The position numbers and the translations under genes are program-made. The notes below the pieces were generated by a model, which saw only the letters and a program-made list of their open reading frames with translations, ran no database searches and was not told the DNA's origin. From an uncultured delta proteobacterium (GTDB taxonomy: Bacteria > Myxococcota_A > Polyangia > Polyangiales > Polyangiaceae), in contig CAVQUB010000020.1 of NCBI GenBank assembly GCA_963716725.1, positions 128,001 to 192,000 of the forward strand: 64,000 bases of DNA, read 5' to 3'. Shown in pieces: positions 1 to 12,503 of this stretch. Positions within the stretch are counted from its first letter, which is position 1, and the number at the start of each line of letters is the position of its first letter.

Positions 1-2951
1 AGCCCGTCGAACATGCACCGCTCGAAGCCGCCGGCCTGCGCCCGGCGCGACGGTGACCAGCGAACCGCCCGTTGGATTCGGAGAACAGCGCGACGTCCGC
101 GGGCAGAGCCCGGCGAGGTCGGCGCAGCCGCGCCAGGTCGAGGTCGAGGCCGAGCTCGCCGGCCATCACGCAGCGCGCGAAGGCCGACGCCCAGCCCCCC
201 TTCGCCGGCGTGGCCGCCGAGCGCACCAGCCCGTCGCGGATCGCCGCCTCCAGCGCGCGGTAGCAGCGGCAGCGTCTCGGCCGGGTCGAGGCGCGGCACC
301 TGTGTTGCCGACGTACGGCGCCGGGCTGGCCCAGCTCGCGCGGCCTCGCCGTCCAGCGTCGCCGCAGGTAGCGGAAGTACTCGCTGCCGCCCGTCTCGTC
401 CCGCGTCGCGCCGAGCAGGAAGACGACGTCGCCCGGCGCCTTGCGGCTCGAGCGTGAGCGCCGTCGCGACGTCGTCGATCTGCCCGATGGCCGAGACCAG
501 CAGCGTCGGCGGCACGCTGATCTTCACGCCCGCCCATCGGTCGAGTCGTTCTTCATCGAGTCCTTGCCCGAGATCAGCGGCGCGCCGTAGGCCACGGCAG
601 GCCTCGTACAGGCCGCGGCAGGCGCGCACGAGCTGGGCCAGCTTGTAGGCGCCGTCCGGTCGTCTCGGAGCCTGCACCGGGTCGGGCCAGCAGAAGTTGT
701 CGAGCAGCGCGATGCGATCGAGCCGCGCGCCCGGCGCAGAGCTGGCGCCGCACCGCCTCGTCGACGACCGCCCGCGCCATCGCGTGGCGTGTCGATGTCC
801 GAGTAGAACGGGTTGATCGCCCTCGGAGAGCACGAAGCCGCGCAGCGAGCCGTGCCGCGCCAGGAAGACCGTGGCGTCGGCCGGCACGTCGCTGCCCACG
901 CCGATGAACGGCTTGATCACGCTGAGCCCCTTGACCTCGTGGTCGTAGTGGCGCGCCTTGGCCTCGCCCGAGCAGAGGTTGAGCCGGCGCCAGCATCTCG
1001 GCAGCGTCGCGTCCGAGATCCGCGGGCGGCGGCGCCGGCGGCTCGTCGAAGCGCGGCGGGCTGCCAGCGCGCGGCGAGATCGAGATCGGGAGCGCCGTCG
1101 TGCAGGAACTCCATGTCGAGGCAGGCCGACCGTCTCGTCGCCGTAGGTGACGTGGAAGCAGCCGTCGTCGGTGAACTCGCCGAGCACCGTCGCCTCGACC
1201 TCGCGCCGCCGCGGCCAGGTCGAGGAACGCGCTCGATGCTGCTCCGGGCGGCACGGCCAGCGTCATGCGCTCCTGGGCCTCGGAGACCAGGATCTCCCAG
1301 GGCGCCAGGCCCGCGTACTTGAGCGGCGCCGCGCCAGGTCGAGCCGGGCGCCGCCCGGGCTCCTGCGCCATCTCGCCGACCGAGGACGAGAGCCCGCCGG
1401 CGCCGTTGTCGGTGATCGCGCTGTACAGCCCGAGGTCGCGCGCCTCGAGCAGGAAGTCGAACATCCGCTTCTGCGTGATCGGGTCGCCGATCTGCACCGC
1501 CTGGACCGGCGCGCTCTCGTCGAGCGCCGCCGAGGAGAAGGTCGCGCCGTGGATGCCGTCGGCGCCGATCCGCCCGCCGATCATCACGATCGGTCGCCGG
1601 GCCGCGCGCCCTTCTCGCTCGCCGGGCCGTCCGGCCACGGTGACCGGCAGCGAGCCGACGGTGCCGCAGAAGACCAGCGGCTTGCCCAGGTAGCGGTCGT
1701 CGAAGAGCTCCCAGCCCGCGGCCGTAGGGGATGCCGCTCTGGTTGCCGCCGTCGATCACGCCCTCGGTGCACGCCGTCGCGGATCCGCCGCGGGTGCAGC
1801 AGGCCCGTGGGCAGCTCGCCCGTCGTAGAACGGCGAGGCGAAGCAGTAGCCCCAGACGTTGACCAGCAGCTCGGCGCCGAGCCCGGTGCCGAACGGGATC
1901 GCGGTTGACGCCGACGATCCCGGTGATCGCGCCGCCGTAGGGATCGAGCGCCGACGGGGAGTTGTGCGTCTCGACCTTGTAGACCAGGTGGACGCTGGTC
2001 GTCGAAGGCCGACGACGCCGGCGTTGTCGTGGAACACCGAGACCAGCCACGAGCGTCCGTCCTCTCGCGCTCGATCACCGCACGTTCGACCGCCTCGGTC
2101 GTCGCCGCGGATGTAGGTCTTGAACAGCGGAGCCGATCGTCTCCGGCGGTCGCGCTCACCCTCGTGGTAGCGGATCGTGGCGTTGAAGATCTTGTGCTTG
2201 CAGTGCTCGCTCCAGGTCTGCGCCAGGCACTCGAGCTCCACGTCGGTCGGCTCGGTCGCCCAGGCCCGCGCTGCGCCTCGCCTCGCTGGCTCGGCCTGGC
2301 GCGCGGAAGTGATCACGGATCGCCCGCATCTCCGCCGACGAGAGCGCCAAGCAGCCTCTCGCGGCTCAGCGCCTCAGCTCGTCGTCGGTCCCGCCAAGTC
2401 GACGATGGCGACGGCCGGGGTGTCGTGGCTCGCGACCACGCGGCACGGAGAGGTCCGGGGGCGCTGCGCTCCACTCGTCGCAGGTCTCGATGCGCGTGGT
2501 CTGGATCACCGGGTTGGCCAGCAGCTCGAGCGCGATGCGCTCCGCCTGGTCGCGATCGACTCCGTCGAGCAGGTAGAGCGTCGAGGCAGTAGACGGCCGC
2601 CCGGTCTGGCAGCTTGCGTCCCAGCGTGTCCTCGACCGCGACCTGCGCGCTCTTGCCCACCGGGTCGGTCACGCCGGGCTTGAAGCCGACGGTGATCGCG
2701 ACGTCGAAGTGTTCCCCCTCGAGCTTGCCGAGCGCGCTGACTTGGAGGACCGGACAGGTGAACTCCGCGCGAACCTTCTCGGCCTCGCCGGCGCTCAATT
2801 CGCCGGTGATCCGATACACGTCGCGCGTGCGCACCCGGCCCACGTCAATCCCGAGAAAGCTCCGGATGGTGGCCGATACTCCGGCCCCGCGCGCGTCGGA
2901 AAGCTCGGGACGCACGGCGACTTCGATGCGGGTCACGGCGGAGGAGGTCAT
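1..2951 (-). CDS. purL: Phosphoribosylformylglycinamidine synthase PurL with N-terminal PurS-like region; many frameshifts; runs off the window edge
   Basis: Motifs spread over several minus-strand frames: [89 protein letters not shown] at 2951 ([11 protein letters not shown]). Confidence 0.9.
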
Positions 2952-3170
2952 CGGCTGGGCGCGCGGAGGGTAAGGGGCTCGCCCCCGGCGTGCAACACGA
3001 GTTTCGAACGGACCCGCTTTGATCCGGCTCGGCGCGGACGCGATGCTAAATTCGGCGCCAGCGGGGGAGGGCCACGAGCTCACCGTGGTTCCGCAGCTGC
3101 ACCATCACCGTGAACGGCAAAGAAGTCTACGCCAAGCGCCTCCGCTGATCGCGCCGCAAGGAGCTCACCA

Positions 3171-3611
3171 ATGTTCGAATCCAAAGACCCCGACTGGCGC
3201 CAGCGCGTCAGCGAAATATTCAGCCAGGCGAACTTCGTGCGCGACCTCGGCGTTTGCCTCGTTGACCTCGGTCCGGGTTGGGTCGAATCGGAGCTGACGG
3301 TCGAGCCTCGCCACCTGCAGCAAGACGGCGTCGTACACGCTGGGGTCCAGGCCACGCTCGCGGACCACAGCGCGGGGGCCGCTGCCGGCACGCTCGCGCC
3401 CCCCGGAGTCGCAACGCTCAGCGTCGAATTCAAGATCCAGCTGCTCCGGCCTGCGCTCGGCGAACGCCTGCGCTGCCGCGCCGAGGTAATCAAACCGGGA
3501 CGCAACATCGTCGCTACGGAGGCCTGGGTGTACGCCCTCGCCAGCGGCGAAGAGAAGCTCGTCTCGAAGCTCACCGCGACGATGAGCTACGTGCGCTTCG
3601 AATCACGCTGA
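3171..3611 (+). CDS. PaaI-family (hotdog-fold) thioesterase
   Basis: HLQQDGVVHAGVQATLADHSAG and SVEFKIQLLRPA motifs; 146 aa; AGGAG upstream. Confidence 0.9.
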   Translation: MFESKDPDWRQRVSEIFSQANFVRDLGVCLVDLGPGWVESELTVEPRHLQQDGVVHAGVQATLADHSAGAAAGTLAPPGVATLSVEFKIQLLRPALGERLRCRAEVIKPGRNIVATEAWVYALASGEEKLVSKLTATMSYVRFESR

Positions 3612-3614
3612 CGT

Positions 3615-4651
3615 TCACTTGCCGACGCGCTTCTGAAACTTCAGCGTCATCCGGTCGCTTTCGCCGATGGCCACGAACTTCTCGGGGTCTTTGTCGCCCT
3701 GGCGAAGCGCGGGAGGCAGCGACCACACGCCCTCGGGGTAGTCCTTGGTGTCCTTGGCGTTGGCGTTGACTTCGCTCTTGGCCACGAGCACGAAACCCAC
3801 CGCCTTTGCCTGCTCGATGACCCACGCCTGGGGCAGATATCCCTTCTCGGCGCTCTGGTCGGCATTGGCTCCTTCGGCTGCGCGGTGTTGGACCACGCCC
3901 AGGGTGCCGCCCGGCTTCAGCGCCGCATGGATCTGCTCCAGGTTCGCCTTCACGCGCCGTCCGCGGCGATGCCAGTTGTGCATTTCTCGGAACACCAGGG
4001 CCAAATCGACCTGGCCTTCGTGGCCCAAGACCATGTTCTGGGGATCGACAACGACCACCTCGACCCTACCGGACAGCTCCTCGGACTTGTCCAAGTAGTG
4101 GCGAAAGCGCCGACCGTAAAACGTGCCCGGCGCGGTCTCCGGGCCCTTTGGATCGAGGGCCGTGACCACCAGCTTGCCTCGGCTCCGCAGTACCGGCGCC
4201 AGGATTTCCGTGTACCAGCCGTCGCCGCCGCCGACTTCCATCGCCGTCATGTCTTGGCGCAATCCCAGGAACGTCAGCGTCTGTAGTGGGCGGCGGTGCG
4301 GATCGCGCTCGGCGTTGCCGGGCTGGCGGTGCGGGCTGGCGAGCGCAGCTTCGATGGCTGCGCGCGGATTCGGGAACTTCTTTTCGCCAATCGCCTTGAC
4401 CGCAGCGCGAAGCTCGTCGTTGAAGCGCGCGCGCTCGGCTTTGGCGTCGACCTCGAGCTGAGCGAGCTTCTTCCTGGCCGCATCGTCGACCTTCCGCTTC
4501 TCGAGCTCTTCCGCGCTGGGCGCCGGGGCTCGGGTGCCGTTGCCGGCGTGGACGGGGTCGTGGGCGGCTCGGCGGGCGGTGCTTCGGCCTCAGGCTTGGG
4601 GCCACAGGCGGCGCAGAGCAAAACCAAGAGGAGCGAAGGACGAAGGTGCAT
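3615..4651 (-). CDS. Exported/lipoprotein class I SAM-dependent methyltransferase-like protein (frameshift near 4520)
   Basis: Lipoprotein-like N-terminus MHLRPSLLLVLLCAAC; RDPHRRPLQTLTFLG, EVGGGDGWYTEILAP, NANAKDTKDYPEGVWSLPP, IGESDRMTLKF; split over ORFs 4274-4687, 4066-4605 region and 3615-4262. Confidence 0.8.
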
Positions 4652-4804
4652 GGCGAGCCAGCGTAGTGCCCTGGCTCGTTTCAGCAAGCTCGCAGAGTTT
4701 CCTCCGCGTCATGCGGCCGCGCGGCGCTCGAGACCCCGAACCCCGACTCTGGCGGCGATCCCCCGCGTCGTCCATCGACCGGTGGAGGCAGCGCCAGTCG
4801 CCAC

Positions 4805-4981
4805 TCAAGAGCTGTCGAAAATTCGACAGCTCTTTCACTTTGTCATCGGGGAGGCACGCGCCTCCCCGCCCCACCGAAGTGAATTCGTTGGGGCCCCACC
4901 CCACGCGACGCGCTTCGCGATACCCGACGGGGTGGGCCGGCTCCGCCGGCCTGCGCTCCGCCATTCTTCGACAGACCTTCA
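4805..4981. mobile_element. MITE-like non-autonomous element (171 bp, 4808-4978) flanked by TCA direct repeats
   Basis: Left end AGAGCTGTCGAA (4808-4819) versus reverse complement of right end AGGTCTGTCGAA (4967-4978), 10/12 match. TCA at 4805-4807 and 4979-4981. Three internal hairpins. Left ~104 bp recurs at 49690-49794 and the right end at 57966-58007. Confidence 0.75.
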
Positions 4982-7283
4982 CTCGATGATCACGTTCTCG
5001 GGGCACACCTCGAAACTCGCGAGGCACGGAAAGCTAAGCCCGGCGAGCACGCGGCGGACGCAGCGCGCGTGTGCCGGCGATCCGCCGTCGACCCGCTGAA
5101 CGCGGCCCTTGGCATCGAGCACCACGCGCACCGCGGCGTTCAACGCCATGCTCGGGCAGGCGGCGACGGCTCTGGCCGCTGCGTGCACGTCGCGCTGGCT
5201 CCTGCCGCTCACCGGCATCAACAACTCGTTGCCATCGGGCTGCGCGCACTTCGCGCCACGTGTAGCCAGGGCCTGCTCGACCTTGCGCACGTCGCCACGT
5301 GCGTCGAGTCGGCACAGGGCACCGTATCCGATCGTGGACTCGGTCGCCCGAGGGGACTCTCCCAAGGAGACGTTCCCGGTGAAACACGCGTCCGCGGCGG
5401 CGACGATGCCGAGAGCGGCGCGTTCGATTTCTTGGCGCTCGTCCGCCGAGCACACTCGCGTCTCGGAGGCGTCGGGCGTGACGACTTCTTCGCTCGCTGG
5501 GGCGGAGTCGGCGAGCGCATGCGGGGGCGTGCTCGCGTCCGCCATCGGCGCGACGGCGCCCACCGACGAGGTGTCGACCGGTGCGGGGCCCAGAGCCACG
5601 GCCGGCGCCGGTTCCCGAGCGCAGGCGGCAGACACCACGAAGCTCACGAAGGAAGCCGCAGCAGCCCGCATCGGCGCGAAGATCCGACGTGACCCAAGCC
5701 GTCCGAGCTTGTCCTCGATGCTCTCGAGTTCCGCCTCGATCTCGGCCGCCCGTGACCTCGCCGCACGCACCAGGGGAACCGCCTCCGCGAAGCCGCCGCC
5801 CGAAAGCGCTAGATTCGAGCGCGCTCCGGTAGCTCTCGACGTACAGACGATTGACCCGGGCCCGCGCCCGCTCCAGCCGCTCGACCCACGACGGCTCCAC
5901 GCGCTCGGCATGCAATCGCCTCGCGAGCCCGAGCGCAAGGAACGCGTCGTGCGTGCGGAACGCGACGCTGTAGTCCCAGAACGCTTCGGCACGCAGACGC
6001 ATGAAGATCTCCGCGAAGCGCTCCACTCGCGGGTCGCTGAAGGTGTAGCCGTATCGGAACGGGTTGCCGATCAGGCGCTGCTCTTCTTGCATGGTCTGAT
6101 GCAGGCGCGTGCCGTGGTAGACCATCATGCGCGTCGCCTCGAACACGCCGCGCGGCACCCGGTCGAGGAGATCGATGCCGCTCGCGATGGTCTCGGGAGT
6201 CGAGCACGGGTTGACCAGCATCAGGTTCGAGACCGTCACTACGCCCAGGTCGGCGAGTTGCTCGAGCAGCGCGAGCTCCGGTTCGCCCGGCGGCGGACGT
6301 CCGAAGCGGAGCCCCTCCTCGGCTGTCGCGAGCTCGAGCCCGACGAATACGCGCACCAGCCCCAGCTCGGCGAAGGCCGCGACAATGGCGGGCGTGATGC
6401 GGTCGGCCCGCAGCATGGTCCCAATACCGAACGCGCCAACCCCGCGCTCGGCGAGGCCCCGCTTCCAAAGCCTCAGGTACTCGAGGGCCTCGTGCTCCGC
6501 GTAAGGCAACAGGTGCTCGTCCACGAAGTAGAAATAGCGCACGCCTCGGCGGTGCCAGAGCTCCGCCATCTCGTCGCACACGGCGTCGATCTCGCGCCGG
6601 CGCACCCCACCAACGCCAGCGCGCGTCAGCACTTCTTTGGCGACGCCGGCCCGCACGCCCTCGCGGCGCTCGAGCGTGTGCAGCGCTGCGGGACCGCAGT
6701 ACTGGCAGCGGCCCAGGCACCCGCGAGACGCGGCCATGTGCGCGGCCTTGTAGCCCAGGATCTCCGGCAGTTCGTCGCGAAGCGGGTGAACGCTCTGGGA
6801 CACCGAATCGAGTACGTCTGCGGGCGCCCCGTCGCCCGCCCGCGTGGTGACGCCCCCGATGCCGTCGACGTTTCGTCCCTCCGCGACCCGGCGCGCAATC
6901 TCGACGATGGGGCCCTCGCCGGCGAAGCGGACCACGCTGTCGAGCCACTCGTGCCGCCCGAGCAGCCAGTCGCGGGCCAGCGTCGCGAACTGCCCACCCG
7001 CGGTGACGTGACCGCGAAACCCCGCGCGGCTCAGCGCTTCGCCCACGGCCAGCGGCAAGATCGCCGAGCCGCCGTCGGCCAGCGAGAGGCCAACCACTTC
7101 GGGAGGGCGCGCCAAGATCGCGGTCACGGCCCGCTCGAGCTCGACGGCGTCGTTGACGTAGTGGCGCTCTACGGTCATCCCGGCCTGCACGAGCGCGCCC
7201 GCCAGGTACGCGAGCCCGAGGTTCTCGTTGTGCTCGAGCCGGCGACCGACCAGCACGACCCGAGCGCGCGACGTCAGCGTCAT
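4979..7283 (-). CDS. Cobalamin-binding radical SAM protein with C-terminal hydrophobic segment and Cys-containing, AgmX/TonB-C-like domain (one +1 frameshift at ~5814)
   Basis: ENLGLAYLAGAL and GGQFAT (B12-binding), SRGCLGRCQYCG (CxxxCxxC), FYFVDE, VFVGLE. Removing one T at ~5814 joins RSALE to LALSGGG and the frame stays open to 4979. A separate gene from ATG 5671 is an alternative. Confidence 0.8.
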
Positions 7284-7378
7284 TCCTCGATTATGGGCCC
7301 TGCCTCGCTGCCATCGCAACTGCCCGCTGCTAGGCGCGGGACTGTCTCGGAGACCCCGAAGATGCTCTAACCGCAGGC

Positions 7379-8197
7379 GTGACTTCAGCTCAGCCGAAGT
7401 CGAGAGACTGGTTCTGGGTCGAAGCCGGCTCGCTCGTGGCCACGCTCGTGGGCGGCGCCGTCCTGCGCTACTGGCTCTCGACGGTGGTGCCCTTCGACCC
7501 GGGGGAGGTCGCTGTCCTCGAGCACGCGAGTGATCCCGACCGCGCCATGCGCGTGCCATTCATCATGATGAACGGCATCAGCCTGTTCGTGCTCTACGTG
7601 GTGGTACGCCGCAGCGCGGGCGTCGGAGCCGCCTTCGCCACGGAGCTCGCCCTCCAGGCGAGCTTGGTGTTTCAGCTCGAGGCGCTGCGAATACGGATGC
7701 TCAGCGCGGTTGTACTGCTCGCGCTGTTCGTCATCGCCTATGTCCGCCTGTACCGTCCGTCCAAGCGCCTCCCGCGGCGCGTCGACCGGATCCTGTTGGG
7801 CATAGCGCTGTTCCTATCGCTCCGGCAGCTTCAGCTGCTGGTCACACTGCCGGGGCGCATGGCCGAGATCCGCCGCGAGTCGCGCGCCGACGTGGCCTCC
7901 CTCGCCGCGAGCGTGGCTGCGTGTGGTGGCGAGCGCGAGCTGACGCTCGAGCGCCTGCCCAGTTGCCCCATTGCGTGGCCGACGAAGCGTTCGCTGGAGC
8001 AACAAGAATCGCTCTGGGAGCACCAGCGGCGGCTTGGCAAGGACGCCGTGGCCGTGCCGGCCGCCGTCGCGGTGCCCCCTTCGGGGCCGGGAGCGCGGGT
8101 CGCAATCCTCGATGCGCGCGGCGCCGGGTTCATCGTGGTCCCCGAGGGACCGCTCGCCACGACCGCGCGGCGCGTGCTCTCCAGCGCCGCGCGTTGA
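7379..8197 (+). CDS. Hypothetical integral membrane protein
   Basis: 272-aa ORF with about 5 hydrophobic segments; fills the gap between flanking genes. Confidence 0.65.
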   Translation: MTSAQPKSRDWFWVEAGSLVATLVGGAVLRYWLSTVVPFDPGEVAVLEHASDPDRAMRVPFIMMNGISLFVLYVVVRRSAGVGAAFATELALQASLVFQLEALRIRMLSAVVLLALFVIAYVRLYRPSKRLPRRVDRILLGIALFLSLRQLQLLVTLPGRMAEIRRESRADVASLAASVAACGGERELTLERLPSCPIAWPTKRSLEQQESLWEHQRRLGKDAVAVPAAVAVPPSGPGARVAILDARGAGFIVVPEGPLATTARRVLSSAAR

Positions 8198-8221
8198 CAC
8201 CCCGCGCCCCCGAGGTAGCGT
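8194..8221 (+). promoter_or_regulatory. Sigma70-type promoter (TTGACA-N16-TAGCGT), probably leaderless transcript
   Basis: Perfect -35 at 8194-8199, TAGCGT at 8216-8221, ATG at 8231, no Shine-Dalgarno. Confidence 0.55.
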
Positions 8222-8230
8222 GCGTGCGCC

Positions 8231-9855
<1,625 letters not shown>

Positions 9856-9877
9856 GGGCCCTCGCCCCCCGGACGCC

Positions 9878-11743
9878 TCAGGGCTGGACGCAGGCCGGGT
9901 CGTAGAGCGACACGTCGTCCAGGTTGAAACCGCCGACGTCGTAGGCCTGCGATTGGGGGATGGCGTAGCAGAAGCGGACCCGGAAGCTCGCGCTCTTGTG
10001 CGCCGTGACATCGAAGGTCTGGAGCGACCACTGGGCGTCGCCGATGCACTGGTTCCCAGAGTTCCAAACCGCAGTCCAGCTGCTGCCGCCGTTGCTGGTC
10101 ACGTCCACTCGGTTGGTCATGTACGGGCCCTGATCCGAGTGCAGATGGCGGTAATACGACAGGCTCACCGCTCCCGGCTCCGAGGTCAGGTTGATGTTGG
10201 GGCTCGTCATGCAGTAGTCGCCGTGCTGCGCGGTTCCGGTACAGGCGCCGATGGCCACGCCGGCCACGCCGTTGTCGTTGCCGGGGCTGTGATCGCTGCC
10301 TGGATCGTTGCCTCCGCAGGTCGAGCTGCCGCAGGTGCTGCTCTTGGCCGGCGCAATCTGCCACTGCTGCCCGAGGTTCCAGTTGGCGTTGTTGTCCGCA
10401 AAGCTCTCGAAGAAGCGCCGCGTCTTGGGGACATGGGACAGCCCCCCGAAGGTGTTGCACGAGTCGATGGTGCAGGCATTGGAGTCGTCGGTGGGCAGCT
10501 TCGCAAACTGGGCGCCGCTCGCCGGGTTGCAGGCCATGGTCGTGCACTGGTCGGCGTCGGTCTTGACCGCGGTAGCGACGATGGACAAGTCGTCGACGGT
10601 CCATCCGCCGATGTCGTAGACCTGCACGTTGCCGATGTCGAAACCGATGCGGACCTTGAGCTGCGCGTTCTTTTGAGCGGTGATGTCGAACGACATCGGA
10701 TACCAGCCCATGCCGCGGGGCGGCGCGTCAATCAAGAGCACCGGTGACGGCTGGCTCGCGGTGTTCCACAGCACGACCCACTGCGCACCGTCCCAGACCT
10801 CGATGCGGCTGTTCATGTAGGGCGCGTAGTCGGCATTGAGCCAGCGCCAGAAGCGCAGTTCGACGGAGGTGCCGGCGGGCGCCTTGGTTGCGTCGACCGC
10901 GGGGCTCTCCAAGTAGTAGAACCCATGCGTGGTCTTCGCGGGGAAGCCGCCGACCACCACCCCAGCCACGCCGTTGTCGCTGGTAGGGCTGTGATCCGAA
11001 GCGGGATCGTTGCCGCCAGAGATGCCGCCGCTCGACGCCACGGCCGGTTTGATTTGCCACTCGTTGCCGAGGACCCACCCGGCGGAGTTGTCGCTGAAGC
11101 CCTCCGCGAAGAGGGTCTGCTCCTTGAGGTGCGAGACACCCGTGGTCTTGTCGCAGAGATCGAGGGTGCATGCGTCGTTGTCGTTGAGATCGATCTTGGG
11201 GTTCGAGCACACGCCGCCCCCACAGACGTCATTGGTGCATGCGTCGCCGTCATTGCAGTCCGCCGCCCCATTGCAGCCGCCGCCGCTGCCGCCGGTGCCG
11301 CCCGTCACGCTGCCGCCGGTGCCGCCCGTCACGCTGCCGCCGGTGCCGCCCGTCACGCTGCCGCCGGTGCCGCCCGTCACGCTGCCGCCGGTGCCGCCCG
11401 TCACGCTGCCGCCGCTGCCGCCCGTCACGCTGCCGCCGCTGCCGCCCGTCACGCTGCCGCCGGTGCCGCCCGTCACGCTGCCGCCGGTGCCGCCCGTCAC
11501 GCTGCCGCCGCTGCCGCCCGTCACGCTGCCGCCGGTGCCGCCCGTCACGCTGCCGCCGGTGCCGCCCGTCACGCTGCCGCCGCTGCCGCCCGTCACGCTG
11601 CCGCCGCTGCCGCCGCCAGTCCCGCCCGCGCCGCCAGCCGACGACCCGCCCGACGCATTGAAACCTACGTCGTCGTCTCCGCCGCAGGCGGACAGCCCCA
11701 ACAACGCAATGACAGGACCAACCAAGATGCGGCGCGTAAACAT
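9878..11743 (-). CDS. Gly-rich lipoprotein with CxDxxxCTxDxC repeats and two duplicated beta-sandwich (cleaved-adhesin/MAM-like) domains
   Basis: GGAGG RBS then MFTRRILVGPVIALLGLSAC lipobox; GGSVTGG linker; CNDGDACTNDVC-type repeats; GGNDPxxDHSPxxDNGVAGV occurs twice. Confidence 0.8.
   Translation of the reverse strand: MFTRRILVGPVIALLGLSACGGDDDVGFNASGGSSAGGAGGTGGGSGGSVTGGSGGSVTGGTGGSVTGGTGGSVTGGSGGSVTGGTGGSVTGGTGGSVTGGSGGSVTGGSGGSVTGGTGGSVTGGTGGSVTGGTGGSVTGGTGGSVTGGTGGSGGGCNGAADCNDGDACTNDVCGGGVCSNPKIDLNDNDACTLDLCDKTTGVSHLKEQTLFAEGFSDNSAGWVLGNEWQIKPAVASSGGISGGNDPASDHSPTSDNGVAGVVVGGFPAKTTHGFYYLESPAVDATKAPAGTSVELRFWRWLNADYAPYMNSRIEVWDGAQWVVLWNTASQPSPVLLIDAPPRGMGWYPMSFDITAQKNAQLKVRIGFDIGNVQVYDIGGWTVDDLSIVATAVKTDADQCTTMACNPASGAQFAKLPTDDSNACTIDSCNTFGGLSHVPKTRRFFESFADNNANWNLGQQWQIAPAKSSTCGSSTCGGNDPGSDHSPGNDNGVAGVAIGACTGTAQHGDYCMTSPNINLTSEPGAVSLSYYRHLHSDQGPYMTNRVDVTSNGGSSWTAVWNSGNQCIGDAQWSLQTFDVTAHKSASFRVRFCYAIPQSQAYDVGGFNLDDVSLYDPACVQP
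11289..11600. repeat. Coding tandem repeat, 13 x 24 bp (GGSVTGG[T/S])
   Basis: Unit gccgccg(g/c)tgccgcccgtcacgct, contiguous with no spacers, one variable base. Confidence 0.95.
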
Positions 11744-11812
11744 GTCGCCTCCCAAGCCGATTGGTGTAGCACGGCGCAGCCGAATGCGGCACGCAGCCGC
11801 GCTCGTGCTAGC

Positions 11813-12088
11813 TTGAAGTCTGTGTGGAACTGGACGGGATTGCTCGCGGTATCGCTGATCGTCGCCTGCGCCACTGACAACACCGGGACACTCGCTCCCA
11901 CCATTGGAGGAGGCGCCGGGGGCACGAGCGCGACCGGGGGCACCGCAGGCAACAGCGGTGGGGGAACCGCCGGCAGCGGCGGATCGAGCTTCGGGGGCAG
12001 CGCCGGCAGCGACGGGAGCGCCGGCAGCGACGCCGCACTCGACGGGAGCGCCGGCAGCGACGCCGCACTCGAAGCAGCCGGCGAGTAG
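11813..12088 (+). CDS. Small Gly-rich lipoprotein
   Basis: TTG start, MKSVWNWTGLLAVSLIVAC lipobox, Gly/Ser/Thr-rich; exact 30-bp duplication 12011-12070. Confidence 0.6.
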   Translation: MKSVWNWTGLLAVSLIVACATDNTGTLAPTIGGGAGGTSATGGTAGNSGGGTAGSGGSSFGGSAGSDGSAGSDAALDGSAGSDAALEAAGE

Positions 12089-12195
12089 CGGGCGGCTGCC
12101 TGCGCGAAGTCCTGACGCTGAGCGGCGTCTGAGTGTTGCTTTCGATGCCGGTCGTACTGGGGATGTCGAGCTCGGGCTGCATGCACCGAGAGTCC

Positions 12196-12500
12196 TCACC
12201 CCGGCAGTCGTTTCAGCTGCGGAGTGAATCGATCGGTGAGCCAGCGCGTCGTTCCGGGGAACCAACGCGCCACGGCGTAGCTCTTGGGGTAGATCACCCG
12301 AGGCCGCTTCTTCTTCACGGCAGCGAGCACCAACGCGGCCAGCACGTCCGAGTCGCCCGTCGGAACGTAGCGTGCCGCCGCCGTCGCCTCGAAGGCCGAG
12401 CGTCCCGCGGCCTCCATCGCGCTTCGGACCGGTCCCGGATACACGGTGACGACATGCACGTTGCTGCGGGCGACTTCTGCACGCAACCCTTCCGAGCGCT
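12196..12500 (-). pseudogene. C-terminal remnant of a short-chain dehydrogenase/reductase
   Basis: SEGLRAEVARSNVHVVTVYPGPVRS is an SDR C-terminal motif; Rossmann GxxxGxG and YxxxK are absent and the upstream gene ends at 12504. Confidence 0.7.
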
Positions 12501-12503
12501 GCA

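Noticed and set aside
1..2951. purL as a true pseudogene or programmed frameshift
   Set aside because: Indels are numerous and scattered with motifs intact, which is more consistent with consensus error.
11289..11600. 24-bp repeat array as CRISPR
   Set aside because: Units are contiguous with no spacers, in-frame within a CDS, and no cas genes are present.
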